Below, piece after piece: positions 55,816-64,000 of a stretch of 64,000 nucleotides of DNA. The stretch comes from an uncultured Eubacteriales bacterium. GTDB lineage: Bacteria > Bacillota > Clostridia > Christensenellales > UBA1242. The notes beneath the pieces are model-generated. The model saw nothing but the letters and a program-made list of their open reading frames with translations, did no database searches and was not told the origin of the DNA. Every line of letters starts with the position of its first letter. The first letter of the stretch is position 1. Location of the stretch: contig CARNVA010000004.1 of assembly GCA_949031345.1 (NCBI GenBank), positions 468 through 64,467 on the forward strand, read 5' to 3'. A program made the translations under genes and the position numbers.

Positions 55816-56351
55816 TATTTCCTCCTAGAATACACTTTTAATTTTTCCCAAATTTTCGAAATATATACAATATTGTCGGTTTTTTGCGAATTTGTGAAGC
55901 AAAATGCCGGATAAACCAAACACCACCAATTATCACCCTCTCCACTTCCAAGCCTTAAAATCAACGCATCATAATAGCCCTCTTCAAGAGTCAAACTGTC
56001 ATAAATGCGGGTTGGAAAATATTCGTTGTCAATTGACGCACGACAACCATAATAGAAACCTTCTTTATTTAAAGTCTCATTTGCCACCCTTTCAATGAAG
56101 TCAAAATTTTCACTCATAACCACTTTAGCCTCTTCAAACTCATCAATATCAGCAAGAAGTGGAATAAGCGCATCAACAACCGCTTCTTTAACCTTATATT
56201 TAACACGCTGGTCTTCTTGCGAATTGGAGTTTGCACGGATATGTATTCTGAGATATTCATTTTCAACTCTTCCACCTAAAATATTCATAGGACAAAACAC
56301 CAAAATTAAAACTATTCCAACAACCGCAATACCAGCTAAAATATATTTCAT
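55815..56351 (-). CDS. spoIIR: Stage II sporulation protein R
   Basis: LRIHIRANSNSQEDQRVKYKVKEAVVDAL and GEGDNWWCLVYP are typical of SpoIIR. The stop overlaps the sleB start by 1 nt. Confidence 0.8.
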   Translation of the reverse strand: MKYILAGIAVVGIVLILVFCPMNILGGRVENEYLRIHIRANSNSQEDQRVKYKVKEAVVDALIPLLADIDEFEEAKVVMSENFDFIERVANETLNKEGFYYGCRASIDNEYFPTRIYDSLTLEEGYYDALILRLGSGEGDNWWCLVYPAFCFTNSQKTDNIVYISKIWEKLKVYSRRK

Positions 56352-56396
56352 ATAAACCTCGCTTAAACTTTATTGACATTAAAAAATGTATAGAAT

Positions 56397-56432
56397 AAAA
56401 AAAAATAGGCGAAAAATCACCTATTTTATATT
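56397..56432 (-). terminator. Rho-independent terminator after the DUF3794 gene
   Basis: The minus strand reads AATAGGTG-ATTTTT-CGCCTATTTTTTTTT. Confidence 0.7.
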
Positions 56433-56511
56433 TTTTAAATGAAATTTAGCTTTTAAGCCATATTTTTAAACACTATTTCGGCCATATCATAAAATTATGA
56501 AATTTCTGCTT

Positions 56512-58029
56512 TTATTGCATTCTTTGATAAAATAGCACAAGTGGAGTATTGTTTTCTGTAGGGAAAGACACCTCTGGATTTTGCATGAGAATTTGCTCTT
56601 CTTTCACTCTTGCACTCTTTGCCACGCTCCAAAGCTCGCTTCCGCTTGGTGCAAAAATGACCTCCATTGCATAATCTTTATTGCCGTATTCTTCCATAAC
56701 ACTTGCCTCAGAAATCACACCAGCTGAAAGCTGACAAGAATAGTTTACACAAGCTTTAATCTTTGCGTCATAATAAATTTCTCTACCCTTCTTCACAACC
56801 ACATCAACATCAGTTGCAACAGCATCAACGCTAAGCACGCCCCCTTCGTTTTCTGCATTAAATTTGTCAGAAATGATGAAAGGCACATCAATTTGCACAC
56901 TGTGAAGAGAAGAGTCCTCATCATTCAAATACACCGCCGTTGACCTTGCAATGCCTTCCACAAAAACCTCATTGTCTTTAAGGTAATAATTTGTAACAAC
57001 AACTCCATTGCCACCATTAAATAAAAGTTTGTCAACTCTTGGCATGTTTTCTTCAAGAGTAAGCGAGCCTTCAATCTTACCTTCAGCAACTCCCATTGGA
57101 TAGATTGAAGTCATGCTGAAAGATGAAGTTGTCACATTAAGCTCATTTTTCACGCTGTATAGGTCATTTATTACACTGATTTTTCCCTCTTGGAAAGCTC
57201 TGACCTTAAGCACAAGTGGCACTTTGACAATAATCTTGCCACCTTTTTCATCCTGAACAATTTCTGTCTCAATCCCGTCATGCTTAACAAAGGCATCACC
57301 TTCGACAAAACTTTCTCGCGTAACGCCGCTAAGCTCCACTTCTTCTTTAAAGGTGTCATTGATATAGCCACTTTCAAACTTATCATTTTCATTCACATAC
57401 AAAATTCTTGTGACCACATCACCGCTTATAGTGACAAAGTCAGCACCAGCATCAACATTCTTGACAACAGCTCTGCTTTCAACAAGCAAAATCTTTTTGA
57501 TGTTTTCGCGAAGATTTATTTCACTTGACAAAGACACCTCACTTGAAGCTGAGCCTACATATTTAACAACTGAAATATCATCCTTCTTAAAGCAGATATC
57601 GTCATCATGGCAATCAATAGTGCCAATCTCCTGATTGCCCACAACAAATCCATTTTGCTCAAGCACAACAGCAAGTTTGACCATTTCGCCACCCACGCTT
57701 TCAATATTATAATCAACAACTTTGACTTTTACAAAAGCGTCTTGCCCATTTTCAATTTCTTCACTTTCAAAACGAGAAGAAAAAGGACAACTATTGCAAA
57801 CGGTGTTAATTTGCCCGTCTTCTGCCATAATCACAAGTTTGGCATCAACCGCACCTGAATAGTTTACCACCCCGTTCAACGCTTCAACATTTTGACCATA
57901 ACCTTCAACGGAAACTGCCAAGACTTTTGAAACATTCACGCCAGCGGAAATATTGCACTCAACAGTGACTTCTCCTTTCGCAAGAGTAGTTTTTCTTGCA
58001 ACATTAAAATTTTCTCTTTCAAATGCCAT
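56512..58029 (-). CDS. DUF3794/SPOCS-domain protein (SipL-like, sporulation-associated)
   Basis: The ATG at 58029 follows GGAGGG. The protein has repeated beta-rich DUF3794-like modules and a C-terminal LysM-like segment (SELWSVAKSARVKEEQILMQNPEV). It neighbours spoIIR, as in clostridia. Confidence 0.55.
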   Translation of the reverse strand: MAFERENFNVARKTTLAKGEVTVECNISAGVNVSKVLAVSVEGYGQNVEALNGVVNYSGAVDAKLVIMAEDGQINTVCNSCPFSSRFESEEIENGQDAFVKVKVVDYNIESVGGEMVKLAVVLEQNGFVVGNQEIGTIDCHDDDICFKKDDISVVKYVGSASSEVSLSSEINLRENIKKILLVESRAVVKNVDAGADFVTISGDVVTRILYVNENDKFESGYINDTFKEEVELSGVTRESFVEGDAFVKHDGIETEIVQDEKGGKIIVKVPLVLKVRAFQEGKISVINDLYSVKNELNVTTSSFSMTSIYPMGVAEGKIEGSLTLEENMPRVDKLLFNGGNGVVVTNYYLKDNEVFVEGIARSTAVYLNDEDSSLHSVQIDVPFIISDKFNAENEGGVLSVDAVATDVDVVVKKGREIYYDAKIKACVNYSCQLSAGVISEASVMEEYGNKDYAMEVIFAPSGSELWSVAKSARVKEEQILMQNPEVSFPTENNTPLVLFYQRMQ

Positions 58030-58283
58030 TTTACCCTCCAAACATTTTACATGGTATCTTACGAGCCCCAACTGACAAATATTACAAAAATGTTTAAAAT
58101 CTTTATTTTTTGTCAACAATCCTTTGAAATAAACTTGCATTTTTTTAAAAAAAAGGTCAAATTTTGAAGATTTTTTGCAAAATAAGCCCAGTATTTTCAA
58201 AAAAAATATTAAATTGAAAATATTTCAACTAAAAAATCTTTAAGCAAGCATTTATTTAAATATATTAAAATTGGGAGGAAAAT

Positions 58284-58520
58284 ATGAGAAAAGCTGGAAT
58301 GGGAATAAACGATATAAAAGCAAAAATACTCACTCTTAAAGGACGAGAAGTTGAGATGAATGTCAATCGCGGCAGAAAGAAATATGACACATTAAACGGG
58401 ACAATTAAGGATTGCTATCCAAGCGTGTTTACCGTTGCCTTAACTGAAAATTCGTCACTGCAAACCTTTTCGTACTATGATGTGCTATGCGGCAATGTCG
58501 TTTTTATAGAAGAGGAATAA
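58284..58520 (+). CDS. veg: Veg family protein
   Basis: 78-aa ORF. IKAKILTLKGREVEMNVNRGRKKYDTLNGTIKDCYPSVFTV...FSYYDVLCGNV is collinear with Veg. Confidence 0.8.
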   Translation: MRKAGMGINDIKAKILTLKGREVEMNVNRGRKKYDTLNGTIKDCYPSVFTVALTENSSLQTFSYYDVLCGNVVFIEEE

Positions 58521-58539
58521 ACTTTTTTATATTGCAAAC

Positions 58540-58568
58540 AAAAAAAAGAGGTCTTATCCTCTTTTTTT
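58540..58568. terminator. Bidirectional terminator between veg and surface gene D
   Basis: AAAAAAAGAGG-TCTTAT-CCTCTTTTTTT. Confidence 0.7.
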
Positions 58569-58569
58569 G

Positions 58570-61500
58570 TTATGCTTTTGAAAAGCCACTTTCACTTAAA
58601 TCAAATTCAACTTCAGTGCTGCCACGCCATATAAGTGCTCTTGGTAAAGGCTTTCCGTCTTCTAGCATTATCCACTGTGAAAAATCTTCTCCAACATATT
58701 TTTTAACGCCATTAAACTCAAATAAGCAATTCAATACCGTCGCTTCCCCATAATATTGCAAAACGAAGCCATCGGCATTATTCAACAATTTTGAAAAGCA
58801 GTTTTCTATCGTTCCACTTAAAACAGAATAGCCAACAAACAAGCCTCGTTTGCCACTTGCTACTTCCATATTTTCCTCAAAACAACAAGCTGAAAGTATA
58901 AAGTTTTGAGCAGCATAGCCTATCAGCCCACCACAATAGTTTGAAGCAATCAAGCTCATTTTTGACATGCAGTTTTTCATTTCAAAATTTATTCCCGAAA
59001 CTTCACCAATCAGCCCTCCAACCTTATCACCTGTCGCTGAAATGCTTCCATAACAATAGCAGTTTTCAACAGAGACATTATCTTTTACTCGGCCAATAAC
59101 ACCTCCTACTTTTGCCGAAGCTTTAATTTCTACAGACGCGGAAGAGCCCACTATAACTGCATTTTCTGCTTTGCCAACTATCGCTGCCACCTCTTCATTT
59201 CCAGAGACTTTGCCAAATAATCTGACATTTTTAATAATGACTGGATTATCTATTTTCTCACCTTCAACACGACCGAATAGTCCTTGACAATTATCATAAT
59301 AGCCATTGATAACATTTATTCCTTCTATCTTAAAACCCTGTCCATCAAAACAGCCTTTAAAAGCAAAATCCTCACTGCCAATTGGCTTCCATATATTATC
59401 ACTTAAATCAATGTTTGCTGTTTGTTTAACTTGAAATCTGGAATTATTGATTTCACATTCACTTGCAAGCCAAGCAAGCTCTTGGGCATTTGAAATGAGA
59501 TAAATTCCACCTTCATTTTTAGGTTGTTTAATATTTGATAAATGGGCCCAACTGTCTTGCCATTCTGCAGTTAAAGTCACATCTTCTGCCTTGATTATCG
59601 TATTCTCACCTGCAATAAGCCCATTCACATCAAACCAGCCCAGAAAAATCTGTCCCCTCTTGGTCGGTTTTGGCAAATATCCAAAAGCAGAATTATATTC
59701 AATATCTTTAACAGCCATTCCATTCTCAATTTTCCATCCATTCATGTTGATGGGATAACTTCCACCTTTAATGTCAAGTTTCAGTTTATAATGATTTATT
59801 TCCCAAATAGCATGGAGATTTATGATTTCGCCCTCTTTTGAGGCCAAGTTTTTCACAATCTGCTCATCATAATATAGAGGCTCTTTCGCACTTGAGTCAG
59901 TATTCCAGCCCACAAATGAATAGCCCTCTTTTGTAAAGCTGTTTGAAGAAAGAGCATTGCCTTGCTCAGAAGCGCTTTTGTAAATAAAGTTTTGATTTGG
60001 CATGGAGCCTATTCCACTATTGCCATTAAAACAAACGCTATAACTATTTGCCCGCCACTGAGCAAAGAAGGTTGCAATGACTTCATTATTGCCAAGATTT
60101 GGCATAGTTAAATATAAACTTTGGTCGGAAGAATTGGTCTGATAAATTACATCGTCAAAACTGCATCGCCAGCCCGTCAAAGTGTAACCTTCCTTCTTAG
60201 GAATTGGGAAATAATACCCCTGCCCAAACTTTAGTTTGGTTGAAGAAGAGGAAGAATTATCAGAATTGAGTCCACCGTTGAAATCAAATACAACATTATA
60301 ATCATTTTCGAGCCACTGTGCATAAATCGAGTGTGCCGATCCCTTATTCATAACAGTGCTTGAAGTCACCTCTGTGCCTCCACTTGAAGCAAAATACCAG
60401 CCTTTTAAATGACAACCATCCCTTATAACCTGCGGAAAATTTCCATAATTGGTCAAATATGTAATATCTTTCTTCGCATTGTCGCCATTCTTAGTCCAAC
60501 CATTTAAGTTAGAGCCCAGCTTGCCTCCATTGACATTTGCAGTGACCGCATAACTACCTTTTTCCCATTGAGCATAAATGTAAGCAAGCGTTTCAAACCC
60601 AAAAGTTGTTGACACAGTAACCTCTGTACCTCCACTCGCTTCAGTAAACCAACCTTTCAAGACATAACCAGTCCTTGACACAATTGGAAAGCTTCCTAAA
60701 GGATTGCCATAGGCTATATTTTTTGTAATAGAACTTGCAATTTGATTCCAACCATTTGCAGAAACAAGAGTGCCTCCATTTGTATAAGCACTTACCGAAC
60801 AAGTTTGAGCTCTCCACTGTGCATAAAGAGTCATAGACGGCGGTGCAACTTTTAATGCAGCACCACTGCTGCTGAAATAATCATCGCCTCTGCCATCAGC
60901 TCGAGAGTTATAGCCCAAAAATGTATGTCCAGTTTTAGTAGGACAGGTTATTGATGACATGCTCATCCCATAACTTACTCGTTTGCTTGATGTTCCACCC
61001 GACCCGCCTTGCTTATCAAAGGTAAGCGTCACACCACTTGCCACCGAATAAAACAAAGGTGTTATAATTATTTCTTCGTCAAAAGAGGCCGAATTCGAAT
61101 AATTGTTTACATCTGTTTGCGACATTCTCCAATATGTTTCTGAGCTTATTTTAGTCCAACCATAATCGCTATTGTTTTCATACCAGCCTGCAAATTTAAC
61201 TACACTTGAAGATGAAAGATAAAAACTTAAGGCTATTGGATAATAATCTGTGGTAGAATTAAGAGACAGATTATGAGGCAAACTATAAACTATTTCATCA
61301 TAAGAATCGTCTGAATAGAGATACATGCTTGGTCGATTGATATACACTTTTTCTTGGTCGCTTGAAGATATATCTTTTACACTTATTCTATTTGACGATG
61401 GGGCACTTGTTGAAGCATATAGTCTTGGCCCTGCCACTTTTAAAGTGTAATTTGCAGCACTGACAGAATTTTCGCTTATTTTAGCAATCTTGTCATAAAA

Positions 61501-61593
61501 AAGCTTTCCCATTCCAGATATGGTGAATATCCCCATGAGGCACAAAAATATTGCAATGAAAGATAATACTATAAAGTTTAAATTCTTTTTCAT
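58570..61593 (-). CDS. Large surface protein D: Flg_new repeats and a divergent GLUG-repeat C-terminal module
   Basis: 1007-aa ORF with a signal/anchor (FIVLSFIAIFLCLMGIF). Flg_new units are present (GHTFLGYNS...LYAQW, GYVLKGWFTEASGGT...IYAQW, GCHLKGWYFASSGGT, GYTLTGWRC, GYSFVGWNT, GQIFLGWFD). The C-terminal module is IYLISNAQELAWLA...GLFGR...VGGVIGR...VGGLIGE...CGGLIGY...KPLPRALIW. Confidence 0.8.
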   Translation of the reverse strand: MKKNLNFIVLSFIAIFLCLMGIFTISGMGKLFYDKIAKISENSVSAANYTLKVAGPRLYASTSAPSSNRISVKDISSSDQEKVYINRPSMYLYSDDSYDEIVYSLPHNLSLNSTTDYYPIALSFYLSSSSVVKFAGWYENNSDYGWTKISSETYWRMSQTDVNNYSNSASFDEEIIITPLFYSVASGVTLTFDKQGGSGGTSSKRVSYGMSMSSITCPTKTGHTFLGYNSRADGRGDDYFSSSGAALKVAPPSMTLYAQWRAQTCSVSAYTNGGTLVSANGWNQIASSITKNIAYGNPLGSFPIVSRTGYVLKGWFTEASGGTEVTVSTTFGFETLAYIYAQWEKGSYAVTANVNGGKLGSNLNGWTKNGDNAKKDITYLTNYGNFPQVIRDGCHLKGWYFASSGGTEVTSSTVMNKGSAHSIYAQWLENDYNVVFDFNGGLNSDNSSSSSTKLKFGQGYYFPIPKKEGYTLTGWRCSFDDVIYQTNSSDQSLYLTMPNLGNNEVIATFFAQWRANSYSVCFNGNSGIGSMPNQNFIYKSASEQGNALSSNSFTKEGYSFVGWNTDSSAKEPLYYDEQIVKNLASKEGEIINLHAIWEINHYKLKLDIKGGSYPINMNGWKIENGMAVKDIEYNSAFGYLPKPTKRGQIFLGWFDVNGLIAGENTIIKAEDVTLTAEWQDSWAHLSNIKQPKNEGGIYLISNAQELAWLASECEINNSRFQVKQTANIDLSDNIWKPIGSEDFAFKGCFDGQGFKIEGINVINGYYDNCQGLFGRVEGEKIDNPVIIKNVRLFGKVSGNEEVAAIVGKAENAVIVGSSASVEIKASAKVGGVIGRVKDNVSVENCYCYGSISATGDKVGGLIGEVSGINFEMKNCMSKMSLIASNYCGGLIGYAAQNFILSACCFEENMEVASGKRGLFVGYSVLSGTIENCFSKLLNNADGFVLQYYGEATVLNCLFEFNGVKKYVGEDFSQWIMLEDGKPLPRALIWRGSTEVEFDLSESGFSKA

Positions 61594-61697
61594 AACCCCT
61601 CTAAACCTTACAAACTTTTAAAGAATAATTAAACTTTTAATCTTAAAATCTATATGTTTTTTAATTTATCCAATTTATCAAATTAGTTTATACTTTA

Positions 61698-61726
61698 ATT
61701 TTATAATTAAACAAGCGTTTCGTCAA
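61698..61726 (-). promoter_or_regulatory. Homologous promoter of surface gene D without a homopolymer tract
   Basis: Minus strand 61726->61698 reads TTGACG AAACGCTTGTTTAATTA TAAAAT, with a 17-nt spacer. It has the same TAAAATTAAA -10 context as genes A and C. Confidence 0.55.
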
Positions 61727-61819
61727 GTTTTAATTTAAAAAACCTTTTTAAACGGTCTTAATTTAAAATAAAAAACTAAATTAAAACAAAAAATCCACAT
61801 TGAATGTGGATTTTCTTAT

Positions 61820-63826
61820 TTAATCATCATATTGGTTTCTTGGCTTCATAACTATTGCGTTTCTTCTGTCAATATCATAGAAGATTTCATCAATATTAAG
61901 CTGTTTTGAAAGTGCCATTGGGTCTGGCTTTTTGAGTTTTTCCATACATTTTGTTTGGAAGAAAGGTGTCATAACATCTTTCATAATACTCTTTCTGAAT
62001 ATCTTTGCAATAATAGTCCATCTCTCAAGCTGACGAAGCTCTTGCTTATCAAGAAGAGGTTTTCTTGTACGCTGAGTAGATGTCGTAATATTTTCACCAC
62101 CAGTTGCGATATCTCTGTTTGTCTGACGAGAACGAGAAATCTCCTCGTGGAAAACAGTTGTTTCACCGCAGGCTTCTGAGAACGCTTGAATTGTCGATGG
62201 GTCTTCAGAGCCTAGGAACACTTCCATCTGGAAGTTTCCGCGAATGTTTTGTGCCTCATCCTGACCATATTTAATATCAAGCTGCTTATATGACTGCAAG
62301 ATAATTTCAAAGAAGATTTTTCTTGAACGCGATACGGTAACCATAGTACCAAAGTTTGGCACGGCTGGCATGTTTCCAAATTCATCAAGAATGAAATAAA
62401 CAGGGCGTTTCAATGTTCCGCCTGTCTTATTTGCAACATCGACAAGCACCTTATAAAGCTGACTGATACAAAGCACACCAAGAGGGTGTCTTTCTGTCTT
62501 ATGGTCAGGGATTCTGATAAAGAATGCAGTTGGCTCTTCAGGAATTTTTGTAAAGTCAATATCTGTTCCGCTTGTAAGGAACAAGATACCTTCATCACCA
62601 AGGGTCTTACCAATTGAAGAAGAAAGAGTTGAAAGGAAAGATCTTTGAGTTACACCACTGGCAAGGCAAACACCACTCATAAGCTGATAAACATTGCCTC
62701 TTACCTTATCTCTGCCGTCGGCGTAAGTTGTAAGTGTTTTAAGAGCACTTTCTCTGTCACCTGCTGGGTCACGCCTCATACAAATTTTGTAAAGGTTGAA
62801 GAAATTGAATTTGTCAATTGTCATGCCAAGACGAGGATCTCTTGAGTCTTCAAGCATGGCGTACATAATTCCTGTAATAAAGTCACGGCAACCATTAGAC
62901 CAAGTTGGGTCTTTGCTGTTTGGGTCATCTGGAATAAGAGAGAGACCAATGTTTTTAATGTCTGACTTTGCTTCATCTTCAAGCTGAATTCTTCTTGACT
63001 CAAGCTCTTGCTGCAAAAGCTCTTTAGTTGGGAAAGCTTTGCCTTCAAAGCCATACCAAACATTGCCATATTCCACACCTTGAAGCACATCTTGCCCAAA
63101 TCTCTTGTGCTTGACATCTTCAGGTTTTACATCTGTATATTTTTTTACCTCTTCGGTAAGTTTACCCGCTCTTTGATAGGTGCGGAAAGCAATTTCCATT
63201 GGATTCCACATAGAAGAAGCGTATGGGTCGTTTAAGTTGAGCACAATACACTTATACCCTTCTTTTTCAAGAACGGCAGCATTGTCGTTGTAAAGTTCGC
63301 CCTTAGGGTCTGTCATAACCATACTTGGCTTTTGACCAGAGTGAGCTAAAATTCTGATTGTAGGGTTTGCAAGAAGCTGTGTTTTACCTACACCGGTGGT
63401 ACCAAGCACCAATGCGTGAGTTTCTGGCTTCATGTTCACCTCAAAATGCCCACCTGTCTGCTTCATTCTGAAAACAAAACCTGTCTTTTTCATGTTTGGA
63501 AGGTTGTTCCAAGTCGAATAAAGAAGTTCGCTGTCCTTTTTCATCTGTTCTGGTGTGATAAACTTTGAGTCAAAGTTTACATCTGTTTCTTTGCCATCGG
63601 CAGTTGTACCAACATTGCTTCCAGCATTGATTTTTCGTCTGCTGAATAAGCCCATGCCTAGTCCAACAAGCCCGCCAACAATGGCACAAACAATGACAGC
63701 TGGGCTTTTAAGCGCGGCTGAAATGTCGTTGCTGTTCATAAAGTATCCAACAGCCAGACCAATTCCAAAACCTACTGCACCCAAAACCAGCATAAAGATT
63801 GCTGCAAGTTTTACTCTTCTTCCCAT
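61820..63826 (-). CDS. Type IV secretion coupling protein (VirD4/TraG/TraD-family ATPase)
   Basis: 668 aa. Two N-terminal TM segments, Walker A (LVLGTTGVGKTQ) and Walker B (VYFILDEFGNMP). An AAGGAG RBS is present. The terminator hairpin AATCCACATTGAATGTGGATT lies downstream. Confidence 0.7.
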   Translation of the reverse strand: MGRRVKLAAIFMLVLGAVGFGIGLAVGYFMNSNDISAALKSPAVIVCAIVGGLVGLGMGLFSRRKINAGSNVGTTADGKETDVNFDSKFITPEQMKKDSELLYSTWNNLPNMKKTGFVFRMKQTGGHFEVNMKPETHALVLGTTGVGKTQLLANPTIRILAHSGQKPSMVMTDPKGELYNDNAAVLEKEGYKCIVLNLNDPYASSMWNPMEIAFRTYQRAGKLTEEVKKYTDVKPEDVKHKRFGQDVLQGVEYGNVWYGFEGKAFPTKELLQQELESRRIQLEDEAKSDIKNIGLSLIPDDPNSKDPTWSNGCRDFITGIMYAMLEDSRDPRLGMTIDKFNFFNLYKICMRRDPAGDRESALKTLTTYADGRDKVRGNVYQLMSGVCLASGVTQRSFLSTLSSSIGKTLGDEGILFLTSGTDIDFTKIPEEPTAFFIRIPDHKTERHPLGVLCISQLYKVLVDVANKTGGTLKRPVYFILDEFGNMPAVPNFGTMVTVSRSRKIFFEIILQSYKQLDIKYGQDEAQNIRGNFQMEVFLGSEDPSTIQAFSEACGETTVFHEEISRSRQTNRDIATGGENITTSTQRTRKPLLDKQELRQLERWTIIAKIFRKSIMKDVMTPFFQTKCMEKLKKPDPMALSKQLNIDEIFYDIDRRNAIVMKPRNQYDD

Positions 63827-64000
63827 ATCTTCTCCTTTATTAAAATTAAATTATATAGGCAAATATTAAATAAGCCCTCTTACAACTTAATCTTAACATT
63901 TTTAAAAGAGTTATGTCAAACAAGTTGCAATAATTTACAAAAATATTTTTATGCAACAATTGCCAAACATTTTACACTTTTGTTTTCAAAAACAGTTTGT

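Noticed and set aside
9682-58200. Long N-terminal extensions in the ORF track for argS, recR, spoIIE, cwlD, def, rlmN, ypeB, the MerR gene, the DUF3794 gene and the 14429 HTH gene
   Set aside because: The track starts at the first ATG/GTG/TTG in frame. In each case an internal ATG (TTG for priA) with a GGAGG-type RBS yields a family-typical N-terminus, so I used the shorter coordinates.
1-64000. CRISPR arrays, rRNA/tRNA genes, transposases or integrases
   Set aside because: I found no regularly spaced direct repeats, no tRNA-like cloverleaf candidates in the intergenic gaps I read, and no ORF with DDE or tyrosine/serine recombinase signatures. None is reported.

Overview
The window is low-GC, Firmicutes/Clostridia-like chromosome from a spore former, with spoIIE, spoIIR, sleB-ypeB, cwlD and a SipL-like DUF3794 gene. 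Most genes are core housekeeping genes on the minus strand: argS, recR, ybaB, dnaX, gmk, rpoZ, radC, tpiA, pgk, dus, ppdK, rpe, rsgA, rlmN, fmt, def and priA; fhs is on the plus strand. Accessory material interrupts this backbone in four places. (1) A compact five-gene restriction-modification operon lies at 1-3034. It has an HTH gene, a Dam-type methylase, an Mrr_cat nuclease, a DpnII-type endonuclease and a second methylase that runs off the window. (2) Four paralogous giant surface-protein genes (1007-1183 aa) are dispersed among core genes. They carry Listeria-Bacteroides/Flg_new repeats and a C-terminal GLUG-repeat module. (3) A plus-strand island at 19711-24127 encodes DUF4417, an HNH-like protein, a duplicated small-ORF plus zinc-ribbon cassette and a SIR2-like protein. 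(4) An apparently orphan VirD4/TraG-type coupling ATPase lies at 61820-63826. The most interesting signal is regulatory. Three of the four surface-protein genes, plus a small membrane-protein gene, have a sigma-A-type promoter whose -35/-10 spacer is largely an uninterrupted G8-G9 run. The resulting spacers are 15, 16, 16 and 17 nt. The fourth paralog has the homologous promoter with ordinary sequence in a 17-nt spacer. A paralogous small membrane-protein gene is frame-disrupted at a coding G6 run. Together these look like a multi-locus slipped-strand phase-variation system for cell-surface components. Other notable observations: dnaX is split at an A9 run, so the full-length tau-like protein needs a -1 shift. 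Degenerate ~200-bp direct repeats bracket one surface gene. A priA fragment relic lies beside another surface gene. Three 34-bp palindromes flank a small HTH gene. A nested-hairpin element lies between recR and argS. All protein-family calls come from reading the translations and recalling family signatures; no database search was run.
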